DNA of 64,000 nucleotides. Source: Glaucostegus cemiculus. Its lineage: Eukaryota. The notes under the pieces are model-generated. The model saw nothing but the letters and a program-made list of their open reading frames with translations. It searched no databases and was not told the origin of the DNA. This document shows positions 39,180 through 53,877 of the stretch, piece by piece. The translations under genes and the position numbers were made by a program. Within the stretch, counting starts at the first letter, position 1. Each line of letters starts with the position of its first letter. The stretch is from the NCBI GenBank assembly GCA_976551045.1, contig CDPCPM010000014.1:30318001-30382000 (forward strand), read 5' to 3'.

Positions 39180-39600
39180 TGGCAGTCCCTTGAGGATGAC
39201 TTGCTTCTTCCACTCCACTTCTTTGGTGACAGATTAAGACAATGTGAAACCTGCAGACTCTGCCACAGGTGAGGCAGAAGAGGCTTGAGGGGGCAGATTG
39301 GTGGAGAGATGATGTTCATTGGGTTCTTGCTTAATCCTTCCACTGCATGGATTTATTGTGCAGTGATGTCCATTGCATCTTTTGATGGATGTACCTACAT
39401 TATGACTCTGGGAGGAGCTCCAGCCACTGGTGGAAGACTATTGAGGAGAATCCTTATGAGGACTTTTCCTGTGACATACAGCACCCTTTTGTACTTCCAG
39501 CAATCAAACAATGTTTCCTTTCTTGAAGATGGGCACGATTATGGTGTGTCTGAGGTCCCCTGGCATGCTCATGCAGCCGCCCGATGAGGGAAGCTAGTTC
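39180..39600 (-). mobile_element. RTE LINE 3' fragment, second copy
   Basis: gtccct...gaggatgacttgcttc...gcagactctgccacaggtgaggcag is colinear with 37792-37900. Confidence 0.7.
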
Positions 39601-42600
39601 ATGAATTCAAATCAGAAGTACTGCTCTGCTATGCTTTACTATGATAGGCAGTCTATTCAACCTCTTGCAGAGCTGAGGGTAGCAATGAAGTTGAGGTGGA
39701 CAGTCTGTTGTAGACTGGAGTCAAGTACATTTGTGCAAAAGACCAGGGCTTGGTTGAGGTGATATTCAAACTGCATTTAAACCAATTAGCCCACTCAAGA
39801 AATATTTTGCTGTTATTAATACTTAATCATGATTCTGCTCAAAACAGCAGAGCTTGAGGTAGTGGGGGGAAGTGGATAAGGGAGGGGGCTGTTTGTGGGG
39901 AGGGGAATCAGATTCTAAATAACATTTTAAGGACAGAAAAGAAACAGCTGCACACAACTTGGATATCCATCCACCACTCATTTCACATCCAATTATAGGG
40001 CCATTTAGCAAAAGTATTGAACCAAGGATCTAGACACATACATTGTTCCCGAATCCTTAACGATCAGCCGCTGGCTGTGGCAATGCTACAGTTTAGAAAA
40101 GTAGGCCCACCAGTGATCAATAGCACAACGTCATCTTTCACACAGACAGCCATACATTACATCTCAAATTCTTAAATTTAAAAAAAGAAGTTAAAGAGTT
40201 ATGTGCTTGTGAACTGAATACCAACTTGCCTTACAGCAAATCAGCCGATCGACACTTCTTCTGAAAGCAAGCTGGCAAATGGCACTGGAGTCTTTCAATG
40301 ACCTTGTGTTGCCGTTTCTAACTGGCCTTCCCCAGGCAGAGGCCATTTAACTGCCTGTTATTTTATCTACATTTCAAAGCAAATTTGGCTGGGGCTCCCA
40401 GGAGGGTTTCTTGCATCTGTAAAGGAGCAGACTGCAGAATGATTTTTTTTGTTGTTGTTATAAAGACGCCAGGTTTTCTGTTTTTGACCTCTGCCTTTTG
40501 ACATCTTGGCTTCCTGTGCCATCAGCATAACCAGATACGTTCCACAGTGTGAAGCTATAATAATATCACAGCATTTGTAAACCAATTCAGACATCAGCCA
40601 TAAATTATTCAAGGCAGGGCTCTGTTAGTTCAACTACCAGTGAGAAACTCTGAGCTATAATTTCAGTAGCAAATCCCCCCTCCATCTTTCCATGCCCATT
40701 TACTATTCTTCACAACAGGCTAGCAGTTTCATCTTTCACCACTTAGCACCCTAATCTGCCTATTTAATTTTCAGCTTTTGCAATTCTGAACGTATTTTCA
40801 GACTAACCTTCTAGAGCCTCCACCAGCTTCCCCCCCCGCTGACAGAGCTTTATTATTCTATTCAAGCTGCAGAAAACCCGTGGACTTGCAGCAAGAGACA
40901 GTCACACTGTTTCTTTCTCCTTTGCTTTCCCTTCATTCATTTGATGCGTGTGTAAAAATGGAACTATTATGTTATGCATGTACAGGAGGTACAGCATTCC
41001 CTGCACTGGCGTTTAATGTCTGTTGAGAGATTGTGAATGTGGAGGAAGTTGCGTGCTTCACACAAATCCACAAGCTACTGTTTGCAATCTACCTAACTGG
41101 CTGCGTCTGGATGCCAGCACCAAGCTGCAGGAGCTCCTGTCTGCATGTTACATTCAAACCTTGTAGGTTATTCCAGGCACTGACGAGCACAAACACATTT
41201 TTGGTCCGCTGGCCCAGGCAGAAACATGAGCTGGTCTATTGAATTTAGAGTCGGAAAACCAAATGCATTAAGCCAATGTGAGAAATACAATGATACTACC
41301 AACATTACGAGGGAAAGAAAATTCAACCGTCTTCCATTCCACCTCACCCCATCACACTGCCCCCCAACTCCTGTATTAACAATTTAGATTTTTCTTATGT
41401 TTTATATTTAAATCTGGTAAGCTGCTTAAATGTTAGAAGCAAAATAGCGGAACAAACTATTTTATTACAGCTTAAAATTGTTTTATACAAGGTCAAGCAT
41501 ACATTAAGTTTTAGTTCCATGAACACATTGAGGCTCCTTGGTTCGGCCCAATTAAATCTATTAATGTGGACTGCAAACCTTAGCATGACATAAAAAATCC
41601 TTTGCTGTAGTCAGATATGCCTATGCTGTGGATAGATTCTCATTCACTTCGCCCCTACAGTAAGCCCCTGATCTTTCTTCCTTTATTTTTTTTAAATGCC
41701 TTTGAAAATCCTGCCTTTCCTCTCTATTCATACTAGATAATCACAGCCAGAAAAGCTCTGACAGTTTACGTAATGGTCTCCTGAGGCAATTTGTCACGCC
41801 AGATATTAGCCATCTTCTGGAGCTTAGTAGCCCATTTGTTTCCTTTCTGCTGTGTGCAAATAGTTTACCAGACAGCGCTGGAGAAAGAATTGCCTTTCAT
41901 TCAGCTGGTTCTACATGTCCATTGTTCTGGCTCTCTTAGCAATTCAACCCTTAGGCAATAGTCTCAACCAGCCTTCAAATTATCACTTCTGATGATTGGA
42001 ACTCTCACATAATAATAAGCTCTGCTTTGCTGCTGTTAGGAAAGAAGTGATCATCTTTTCATTTAGAATGCAGGACTCTTTTCTGTTCCACTGTTAACAG
42101 GATAAAACTTGGCACCCTTTTCTTCTACCTACTCTGCACTTTTTTTTATGAGCAAATACTCAAGACCCATTAGCACAAAGGAGAGGGAACAGCCACTTAT
42201 AAACAATCAAGAGGGTTAGCGACATCTTGACCAATCCCAGAGAGGCACTCCATTCTACGCTGAAGAATGGCAGAAGAGGAAAACAACCATAATGGTACAA
42301 AAATATGCACCAGTTTCTTAACTGCTGTTTGAAGCACGATTTTCTTTTACCTTCAGTCTCCTGGTCTTATTTTTCCCGAATTAAAACAAAGCTCAGAAAG
42401 CATCTGAATCCAATACATCTCTAGTTTTACACTTTTTCCATCACTGCTATATAATGGACAATAGAACAGACCTCACACTTGCAATTTTTAATTAGCCTAA
42501 TATGTAATTTAATCATTTGATAAAAAATAGGGAACTTTGTTCTTGATTATTACTGCTTGTCTGCTAAGCTGCTAATTTAAATGATTTTCAATTGAATCTT

Positions 42601-43550
42601 GTGTTAGCTACCATTTGAGGAGGGGACACCGCTTTTATTTTATGAGAAAATATTCTCGATTGCTGCCTACTGGGAGAAAAACATAACAAAATTAGGTGGA
42701 AATACAGCAATAAACAAGAATTATTTTTTCCTGAACTATTTGTTCCGTTCAGGCATAAAATATTCATTGGGTCAGAAGGGTATTTGATTCACCATGAATA
42801 ACTCTATTAAGGTCACCACAGGCTCTCTTACTGCATCACAAACAGCCACACATTCTGGTGCTGGAAGGCAGTCATTTCCAGGAGCCTAGTTATTCTGTAC
42901 ACACTTCACCACATTTTGTATTGAATCTGTAAAAGCCCCAGCTATTTTTAGCATTAGTCATTGCCTATTTAAAAGAAAAACTTCTATCTGTTACTTAACA
43001 AGAAAAGTGCTAAAAAAAATCATTAAATCAAAGTGAATGACCACAAGTATGTTCTAACTTTTAATATTAACTCTTCAGACTCATTGTAAAAATAGGAAAC
43101 ATATGTTATTAGAAACCTTAGAATACTGATAGCAATCTCCTTCCCCAAGCAAAGTATTGCCATTAAAATCTATTAGGGAGAACCAGAACATCTATTTCCC
43201 AATCAGGAGCAGCAATACAATAAAAAAATTACTATTTCAACTAAAACAAAAGGGAACCTCAATGGTTAACAGTAACTTTCATCACAATTGTTGATACAAT
43301 GTAAACAAATAAAACTGCTCCACCATAACCTGAAACCGTAACTGCAAAGGGGAGGAACACGACTCTTCAGACAAACTGAATTTTCACCTTCCCTGACCCT
43401 GCAGGTGTTGAAATTCTCAGTTACTCAAAGCCACCGAAAATACCATTTGAATGATAAATGTCAAGAGTTGACAGCTTTGTTTAGTTATGGCCTTTAAACA
43501 TTGTATGCTCGGCATCTGCTGCAAGTTTGAGTGTGTCCTCTGCTCTAATG

Positions 43551-43637
43551 AGAACAGAAAACACTCAGCAAGTCAGACAGCCACTGTGGAAAGAGAAACT
43601 GATTCACATTTCAGATCAAAGACCATTCCTCAGAACT
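43551..43637 (-). mobile_element. Old Penelope-derived half element
   Basis: aaacactcagcaagtcagacagc arm; minus strand CTGAGGA-atggtctttgatct-GAAA is a degenerate hammerhead core. Confidence 0.6.
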
Positions 43638-44252
43638 CTGCTCTAACATTGTACTGAGACCCAAGCTGGTGGTGCAACCAGATGACAGCAAATGAAAATG
43701 AACTTGCTGGAATTAACTCAGTTGACCTAGTCCAGAAGACACTGGTGGCGTGGCTGCTGCTTCCCCTCACACAACATAAACACAGCTGGAGAAATGCACC
43801 AAAACATGTTTAGGACTGTAAACGTGGATGTACATTTCAGCTCGCGACAAGATGAACAGGAATGAAGTCTGGTAGGTATGGAAGTTGTCTCCATACCATC
43901 TTTAAGACCAAGTCTGGTGCTTAACATGGGTTCAGATATGACACCAAAACCACAGACAAGATTGGTCCAGACATGGGCAATTGCAGATTTGGGGATAATA
44001 TTAATTGCGAAGGGGCAAAGAAAATGACTTCAGTCATCACAATATCTAGTTGGAGAAAGCTTCTCCTCAAATAGTAACGAATTTCAGATCAATCTAACTC
44101 TCGCAACGTAACTGATCCTATTCCTGTTTATCTGGTTTTCCTTTGAATGCATCCATTGCTCCAAAACTTCTGACGTCTCTCAAACTTCATATGGGTATTC
44201 AAACAGGGCAATTGATATTTTATCCCAAACAAAATATTTGTTTATGTCTTAC

Positions 44253-44505
44253 CTTCCTCCGTTTCATGCCACACAATCCCTTCCAGGTTTACACTAGTTC
44301 CTGGTTCACATGGTCCAAGGCATTCTGGCTCAGTCACCACTCCAACCTCACAGGTATTTATTCCCATTGAACGAGTCCTTACTAACAGCTGCTCAACTGG
44401 TGCAGCAATGCTAGATGAAGGAGGAAAGTAGGAAGGCAAAATCTGAGGTGGCATGCTCACAGAGATCGGCGGCGGAGGTGCAGGCACAGTGAACAAAGGA
44501 TCAAC
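44253..44505 (-). CDS. ZNF608: ZNF608 253-nt coding exon
   Basis: Acceptor ttttgtttgacAG|GTT, donor AAG|GTAAGA. Translates [15 protein letters not shown]...[25 protein letters not shown](G), the conserved ZNF608/609 motif. Followed by a 37.8 kb intron. Confidence 0.96.
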
Positions 44506-47500
44506 CTGTCAAACAAAAAGGAAAATGTTATAACCTATATTCATAAAATAACAGCTTAACAATGCTGCATCATTTTTATTGTCCCTGGAAATAAACTAAA
44601 TCTCAATATCTTTCCCATAGCCAAATCACTTATGATAATCAACAAAATTTGAAATCTCATTCAACCGTCAGTTTAATTTCATTACCAGTGAATACCCCTG
44701 GTCAAGCATTATGTTGTTTAAGTCCTTAATAACAGACAGCACAATGAAATACAACAAATGCCATTTAAGAATGCCTTTGGAAAGAATGTAGAATTGTGCA
44801 ATATATTGATAGGAGCTATCAGAAATAATCAGACTTACTCCATTATCCTTCAACAAAGAAAAGGATATTGTACAAAATGTCACAAATTAATGAGCATGTG
44901 CAAAGCATTAATCATCCCAGAGAAAGTTCAATGTGTAAAAATTAATATTGCTATAGATAGGCTCCATGTGGTTTCTGCACAAGAGGGCAGAGGAAGTTAC
45001 AAAGACATACTGTAATTTGGAGGAGCGGGTAACTGTAGTGGATGATCATCATAAAGTAATGCTTTCAACAAACAGGCTGTACCATGGCATTCGCTTTTTT
45101 GGTCCTTTTGTTAGCCTATCCTGAAATTCTGAGTTGTGACAGTGAGCTTTGTAGGTAATGGTTAGACTACCATTTTGTACTCATCTTGCATATCTTAACA
45201 AGCCTTAGGAAATGCACACAGACAAAACCAATTTACTTGCTATGTGTTTGAAGCAGTACAACAAATACACCAAGTTGTGCAGGGTGCACGCCAAGCACGG
45301 CTTAATCATTTCAATACTTTAAGATGATTTACAATAATCCTCTGAAAGGACACGCATACAATACACCTACAATCATAATGGTATGTGGCTTTAACCCTAC
45401 CATTGACTGCATGGCAAAGTCTCTACACCTGGATGAAGAAATTGTAGCATGTGCCTCTCCATTCTGATTCCACTACTCTATCATAGTCGTCATATTTTTG
45501 CATTAAAGAAGTGAAGCCAGTGCGATTATCATGGGTTTCGACATCTCATGAAATACCATGCAATGAAGAGCATTGTGACATCTTATTTAATGGATCAGCC
45601 AGTGTGTCTACAACTTGCCCACTCAGATTAGGAAGATTTTCAGAGTCAGGACTTCAGTGGGGTAACAGCTCAAGTGGAAGTGTGGGCACATCATTGCAAT
45701 CCAATTCGCGTGGCTCACAGTAATAAAACTGCTGATAGGCAAAGGTATTACATTCTCTCTATACCAATCCTGTACTTTGTAATGTAATACCTTTAAAAAG
45801 CTCTGATAACAGGATAGTATCTCTCCTTCCCCAACAATGCAAGATCTGCTGAAACATAAAGCTCCAGGGAAAGACAGTGACTGCTTTAATACTGAAAGAC
45901 ACATTCTTTGATGAAACCTTCCTTTGTTGTTTATTGAAAACCCATTTCAAATCTTACCACAAGCAAAAGACTGTAATCAAATGTAGCCCTGCGGAGCACA
46001 TTACAGGATATATTTTTTTCCTCTGCACGTAGCAAAAATTCAAACTGAATGAGAATAAAAACAAGAGACACAAAATCTTATTCAGTGTTAAAAGACTAAC
46101 AATGTGACGCCAATGAGCCATTTTCCATTAGGCAACACTCTGGCACCATCTGTTTCCCTGCGCAATTCAGCCCTCACAAAATCTCATACAAAAATCATAT
46201 ATCACAGTAAAAGCAGGAAGATACCAATTTTATTTTTTATAAAGTATTTGCTATGGAGGATCAAATAACTGCGCTTTCCTCCCCCACACACATCTCCACA
46301 ACCTGCTCTCATGCCCACCCTATTGTGATAGGAATTAAAGGCAGTCTTTTCAGGCAGAGAAGGAGCACATTGAGAAAGGGATATCAGCCATAGAGAAAAC
46401 ACTGGGTGCACAAGACTTAACAGCCGGACGTGGCAGTCTGTCAGAGTGGGGAAAATATATGTCAGAAACAGACGCTCTGCTTTCTTCAGTGTTACTCTAG
46501 CGTGATTATTCCCAGGTGTTTATGTGCACTGATCAGAATTCTGGCAATTCATCACAGAAACCAGAACAGGGAGAAAGAGCATGCTATGCACTCTGCAAAG
46601 ATATTTACACACATAACTAAGACTGTGCTTAACTCTTATAGGGAAGCCAGCTCTTTTCAAAGGCAGTTGGCCATCACTTATTAATGCTCACAATGTAAAT
46701 GTGATGTGTTGAATTTTTTCAACTTCTGTTGCAATACATGATGAATGCTGACCCGTGTTCACAATAATCAAGTGCAATAAGAGCTTTTGAAAGTGCAAGA
46801 TTTTTGAAACTAAATGCCAGAAACATTACAAAAGTACTCATTTATAAAATGATCCATCTCTATGCATTACTGATCCTGGAAGCTAGAAATTGTCACAATC
46901 CTCCGATAACTTGCTTGATTTGAATGTTTGAGAGAAACTCGCATTCTTTCTTTTGTTCCGAGTGTTAGGAAAGCATTCGGGCATTTTGTAATTATCCCAG
47001 TGTACCAGCAAACCTTCTGCAGAAAGATTTCTTAAAAAATTGACACTGATTTACTAAAAGATATTACAGTACCGCCACCAACCTAATCATTAGTACTCCA
47101 GCAGCAGTCATGTGAACACATCAATTATGGGCAAGTGCCAAAAGCTCCAGAGATCCAGCAGATTAACAGGCAATCCTCTGTTTTACAAGCATACATCAAA
47201 AAGAATATTAATAAGAGGAGGGGGCGGTGTGAGAGCTTGTCAGGCTGATTCAGCCATGGATGTAAGCATTTCTTCCAGTCTTTTTCATGAAACTATTCCA
47301 TGAAAGAAACTGGCACCAACTACAAAGTCTCTTGCCTCCACCTTTTCAAAAGCACTGTTGTGGATCATTGTAACATTTAGGAAAGTAAGAAATCTGGAGT
47401 TAATTTTATCCTGCTGTTCTGACAAGTATTTAGGCCCCTGGTACTTTTAAAAAGCATCAGTTCAATATCTTCTCATTTCCACTCCTCTGTTACTAAAGCA

Positions 47501-49589
47501 ACCAAATTTATCAAAATTAGCCTTAAATATTGCAAGACAACTGGAATTACATCAAAGTAAAATTATCCAATGTACAAATATAGCAGAATCCACACAGGGT
47601 GTTCTGAGATCTGGATGCATTACAGTGCTGAAGTTTTATTATTTAATACACAAGGGATACTTTTATCACAGATATGTGTCCATAATACTTGAAACTGGAC
47701 CAGACATACAGAATTACTTGTCTCAAGCACACAAGAGGGTGGTTTAAAGGTAGGGTCCTTTATTTTTCAGTTTATTTGAAACAGCCATTTCAAATGCAGA
47801 TACATTTTTTATATCTGTTTATAGCCTCCATAAAGCTCTTCTAGACCACTCTTAAGTAGCCCACTGTAAACTACTGAATACAGTATTACCAAAATCTCTG
47901 AAAATCTATTACTATCAACTAGTATACCAGCAGTAATTCCCAGCAGGACACATACTATTGTGGTTTTTTCCCCCCCACTCCCTGCCCTAAATCCTAGTGC
48001 TAATACAGCTCTAATGACCTGGACTGAAAAACCTTCTCTGCACAGTTACCTCCTGTTTTGAATTCATTGCAGCAGATTTACAAGGTCAATGGCATCAGTC
48101 AGCATTAAACATGCACAGATCTTAAGAGGCCTGGAATGTTGCAGATAGAAAAGCGTAAACTCAAGCCAAAGGGGGAGGATTAAAGGAAAGAACAATATAA
48201 AATGGAGTGCATTATTTCCCATGGCATGTAGTTACAGAATCATTTCAAAAACAAATCCTCATATTTTATGTATAAGGGAGTTATTTCTTTTAACAGTGAA
48301 CAGAGCAGTGTCATTTTTTTTCCTCAACAATTAATAACACACAACTAGAACTACGTTCTCAAACATGACATGTTTCAATCAGGCTAAATTTCACTAGCAA
48401 ACCAATAATTGTGGAAAAGATAGGCAATTTCCTATTTTCCATTAAAAGAGGAATTTTACCTCTCCTCTTCCAGCTCCATCCATAAGTCACTAAGGCAAAT
48501 GATGATCTATGGGTCCAGTCTGCTCAATATGAACAAGCTTTAATTAGGTTAGACCAGCAGATATTCAAAACAGGTAAAAATGTGAGCGGCTGTGTTGTTT
48601 AGTCCGTGCCTAGTAGATGGCTCCTGTATCTGTAATTAACATATGGATGCAATCTTCACATTCACTCAATTAGTCACAGACGTTGTGGATAAGCTGAGAA
48701 AGCAAATGCTGCTCATCCCAAGGATTTACAGCCACAAGCACCACACCATAAGCTCAATTCTTCCCATTATACTTGCACAGCCAGTAAGCGCAAACCTATT
48801 TTTTTCTTCTCCCTCTTCCAAATGTGAATGGGTTCAGCATAAAACCTTCATGTAGGCTCACTGTCAGAAAGAGGAATGAATCAAGAACAATAATGCCTTT
48901 CACGGCACCTGTACTTGGCATAATTAGTCCAACCAGTTTCATGTTTCCTGAAAGCTATGGAGATGCAGCTTCAAAGCAAATGATTCACTCATGCCATAAA
49001 AGATTGATATAAATGTCACCCAACTAAAGCATGGGATGAAAGTACATGTTTAAGAACAGCATCTGAAAAGTGTAGTTTATTCTGGATAGAAAACAAAGTT
49101 CTTGTTGTGAAAGTTAGTTCACGGAAACAAAGGAGCCACCTCCACACCATACTAATTTTGCCGCCACCTCTGTGAAACTCACAGATTCATGCAGGGTTAC
49201 AGCCCGTGCTTCTCGAGTGCTCATTCATTATTTGTGACGCTGGAGCAGCTATTGGAACAGGAAGGCATCACAACTGAACCTAATCCTTATGATGTCTCAT
49301 CTGGGGGTTGGGGGAGAGGAAGTGGGTAGGGTCATTTATCACAGAAGCCTCAAGTGATTTCCCCGCTCTTTAGTTCATGAACATTAAAAACGGTGGTAAA
49401 ATACTCTGCCTGCCTTGAACAAGATCAGTGCTGGCCTGGAATGAAAACTGAAGCTTTCCTGATCAAGGTGGCTCTGTAGATGGCCTACTATTCACCCTCT
49501 GAGCCTGAATGATTTCTTTAATTCCCATCTGCAATTCCTCTGAGTTTCTTGTACGCTGGAAACCAATACTCCTTCACAGTCCTGCTCAA

Positions 49590-49785
49590 GGCTTGCACTC
49601 GCTCCTTTTTCCTGTCGCTCTTTGTTCTCCCCACCCCTCCCAGTTTTCTCCACAACTGAAGACTTGTTTGATTTCTAACTTTTCCCGGTTCTGAGGCATG
49701 GTCATTAACCTTATACATCAACTCTGTTTCTCTCTCTGTGTCTGCTGCCTGACCTACTGAGTGTTTCCAGCATTATTCTTTTTGT
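49590..49785 (+). mobile_element. Old Penelope-derived element
   Basis: tgctgcctgacctactgagtgtttccagcatt arm; approximately the reverse complement of 43551-43637. Confidence 0.65.
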
Positions 49786-50823
49786 ATCCTAAAAGATAAC
49801 ACTTCTGGGAAACACACCCACTCACATTAGGAGAAAGTACACCATCAGGTCCAGAGTTCACTCATGTTAATAAAAACTAAGCTCTCCTGTCCTTGTAATC
49901 ATTGATTACAAGGCCTCTCATGACACCGCTGCCTTTTGACCTGAGGGATGTTTAATCTTGTGATAACATTGCAGATTTTTTTGTTCTGATTTTTTAAGTA
50001 CATATTCCAAAACATCAAGTATCTATATTATTGAGGGTAATTTTAAGTGTAGTGTAACACCTAATTGTTTTATTTGTTCATGGCAGTCAGCCAGCGAGTC
50101 TTCCAATGTATCACCCAGCCCATTTTGTGATTAATAATACCACTTTTAATATCCGTGTTGAGTCAATACAGTATTTGGGACGTTTCCTGGAAGATTGTTT
50201 AGAAGTGAATCATACTTCTTGAATGGGATTTTATTTAAAGCAAACTCCGCCACCCTGTTTCAGCTTCAAAGGTCAACAATGCCACCAAACCCTCTCTTCC
50301 TGATCCTTTTATGGCCTTTTCTGCTTGCATAAAACAACATATTAAGTGACTTGCCTTCATTCGGCTTACTGAGGTTTGATAAGGGGGAGGGGATGGGTAG
50401 ACTGGATAAATGTTTGTGAAAAAAAAAGCTGGAGACATTTTCAATTGATCTGCTGTGCAACTATTTCACTGGATGCAATTTTTAAGCAGATCTATGGCAT
50501 TTAGTTGTTTAATGCTTGTTGTCATTGTTTTTACTGTCTCTGCTACATGTTACTAATTAAAATACCTGAAATCAAGCTACAATTGGCAGAATTTGCTAAG
50601 CGACAGATCAATCTCTTTTACAACATATATAGTCATGTGCAAACTCTTCCAACAAAACTGAAGAAGGTGTCGTGGGACATAATGACACTGCAGAGTATGA
50701 CAGAGGTGGTTGAGCTCTTAATGAATTAAGGGCAGAATACCCAGTTTTCTAGATCAGTTGAAGGTGGGCATGTTTGCTTCAAGGAGGTGAAGAACCAGTT
50801 AAATGGGCTCCCCTCCAGCAGTA

Positions 50824-50946
50824 ACACACAAACTGCTGGAGGAACTTGGCAGGTCAGGCAGACGTTTCAGCTTGACACCCTTCATCAAGACCAGCATTTG
50901 GTGTGTTGCTCCAGATTTCCAGCATCTGCAGTCTCTCTTGCCTCCA
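50824..50946 (-). mobile_element. Internally deleted palindromic Penelope-derived element with TSD
   Basis: Minus strand TTGATGA-agggtgtcaagct-GAAACGTC (50861-50890). TSD ctccagcagta / ctccagtagta. Confidence 0.8.
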
Positions 50947-53591
50947 CTCCAGTAGTACATGTTTGGTGGAAGCGAAAGCCCACTTCCCCCAAACCCAAGA
51001 CAAGACATTCCATCCACCTGCCAGGCTGTGGCATTCACAGAATTTGATCCAATGGCACCATGTTCCATCAATTCTGTCACCCACAACCACTGTGCACTAA
51101 CAACCCACCGGTCAAATAAAACAAGAAAAAAATCTAAACGAGACCCACTGCTTTTTGACCTTTCGGAATAAGGTAACCAATCTCCTCTAAGATCTGTTAT
51201 TTTAAACACAGCCTTGTGCCATTTTAAAGGCCTCAATGCCAATCTTTGATAGCAGGGTGAGTGAGAAAGCCAAGGGATTCCCAAATGTGTTTCTATAATC
51301 TTTAACATGTCATAAGTATGTTGAAGATTCCAACCATGCCTCCATCACTAGAATCCAATGGGCAAGAGCAAACATTGCAAAATGTTGGTTCCACACCAAT
51401 ATTCCTGGTACCCATCCAATTGAGAGCAGGCTCTCTGGCCTGGTCCCAAATGTTTAGTTTGCATGGATGGATAAGCTTCAGCCTCAAAGTATGAATTGCC
51501 CATCCACCCCATCCTTTCACTCTAATGATAGAAACTGGTCTCACAGCTGTGTCATCAGCAGTTTAATTTGTTGTCATTTCTCTTGAACTGGCAACAATCT
51601 TGTTCAAAATGTACAACAGCACCTGGAAACCCACACACAAAAAAACATTCTGCACAACGTTGAAGGGCACGTTGAAAGAAGCATTGTTTACAGACACAGC
51701 ATTCAAATTGTCCAAAACAGCTAAGGTTATAATACCAGTCACTTGAGCATCAATAATGAATGGTAGATTGTAACAATGAGACTTCGCCTTTGGGATTTTT
51801 TGAGAAAAAAAAGATTAAAGTGAGAGCATTGTAGCAGTAGTTTGACAATTGCAAAATGTTCAGCAGCAATTCAGAATACAAATTAATATTTACATAATAA
51901 GTAAGCTTACACTGCCATAAATCAGTAGCTAAGTGCAACCAATTAGAAAATGCAAAATTGCACAGGTGACACAATGCATGAGAAAATTTACAGCAAGAAA
52001 TTGTGTGAGCAACATCTAGTGGGAAATATATCACAGCAGTTTAAGCTTCAGCATTGCCATTGAAATACTCCACCCCAATTCATAAATAAAATAGAAAATA
52101 AAATAGTGCTTAACATGGCCATAAAGTCTAGCTTTTAATGCACATCTGTGTTTTTAGAATTTACATTTATATTGTCCTCTCATATCATTCGCAATCTTAG
52201 TACTGTCCACCTGACAAAGCAAAATGACCCCTCAGAACACACCAGCCCAACAACATTTCACAAAATGCCAAGCAACAGCAAATTAAACGCTTCAGCTTCT
52301 AGCTACCTATTAATATGGGTCACTAATTAATTAGGATGCAGAAATAATGGCAGACTTACAGCACACTGTGTGAGTGGGGGGAAAAAAAAATCACCTAAAG
52401 TTCAAATCACAACTCTTAGGATTTTGCTTTGATTTAGTGAGTTGCTTTTCTCCCTCCCTTCCCCCCTCCTCTCCCCACCATTCTGCCCAGTGGTTGTAAA
52501 ACTACTCTACCAACAACTGGTGCCCAATAGCTGGAAGCAGTTTGCCTTGTCAAATTTCTGTCAGTCTGCCACTGCCCATCCCCCATCCTTTGTCTGCTTA
52601 AGGCACTTATTGTGCTCAGCAGAGAGTTGCCTTTCCCATTAAGAATGCGCTTTACCTCCTGTTTTGACTAAGAGGTGGAGGACAAGGCAGTTTAACTGAA
52701 ATAAGAAACTGCTACTTCATTCTTGGCCTACAGCATCTAATTTTTTTTTCCTGATACCCCTAACCAACATTTGGCTAACAAATTGCACCTTCTCTCTATA
52801 AACAAATGATTTGTTCTACATTTAAACCATTCATACATTTTTCTTCTGTTGGCTGCAAGCCAAACAGCAAGCTCGCTGCCTCTATCAATATTAAGTGTGG
52901 TTAAAAATGTAATAACTGGATTTCAGCTATATATGACAACAATGCAATAAGAACAGCATCAACAGAATAAGGCTGCCAAGGTAATGACTACAATTGCGTT
53001 GATTTTTTAAATGCATCATCCTCCACACATTTTTTGACCAAGACTTTCATTCCTTAACGATATCATCTCAAGTGAGATAAGGCGAAGGTACAGACATCCA
53101 AAGCACTCAGCTTTCTAAATATATGTATATGGTTATCAGCAAAAATGTTCAACATTCTCAGATAACTAATATGCAGGAGTCAAGCTCACATTTTCATTCA
53201 GAGGCACAGTAGACACAATTTTACTGCATGTCAACTTCAAGAGGAATGCAGGGAGCAGTATCAACCACTATATATGGCCTCTCAAAAAGTTTTCATTCCA
53301 GTGAGTTGCGAGAGACCATGAGCATTCTTAAACACAGTCTTCATCTCAGGTCCGCTACATGACAGCATGCAAGCCATGGTCTTAACCACTGGGTCTACAA
53401 CAGGCTCAACCTTAGTGAAGAATGGTGTCAAGCAAGCCTGCATCATCGTCCCAACATTATCATCAAACATTCTTGTGGCAATGCTGCACTCTACTCCTAA
53501 AAGGATAAATGGAAACCTTAAGTTGCCTCCAGGACCAAGGTCACCCCAACTTCAGTCATCAAACTGCAGTGCACAAAAAAACCCAGCTATT

Positions 53592-53877
53592 TAAGATATC
53601 TTTATTAGTCACAAGTACATCGAAACACACAGTGAAATGCATCTTTTGCGTAGTGTTCTGGGGGCAGCCCGCAAATGTTGCCACACTTCCGGCACCAACA
53701 TAGCATGCCCACAACTTCCTAACCTGTAAGTCTTTGGAATGTGGGGGGGAAACTGGAGCACCAGGAGGAAACCCACGCAGACATGAGAATGTACAATCTC
53801 CTTACAGACTGTGCCCAGCATTGAACCTGGGTCACTGGTGCGGTAATAGCATTATGCAAACCATCACACTGCCGTGC
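53592..53877 (-). mobile_element. Near full-length V-SINE with a Rex1-like tail
   Basis: tRNA-like head with CCCAGGTTCAAT B box, V-core GTCTGCGTGGGTTTCCTCCTGGTGCTCCAGTTTCC, tail gtttcgatgtacttgtgactaataaagatatct. Confidence 0.85.
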
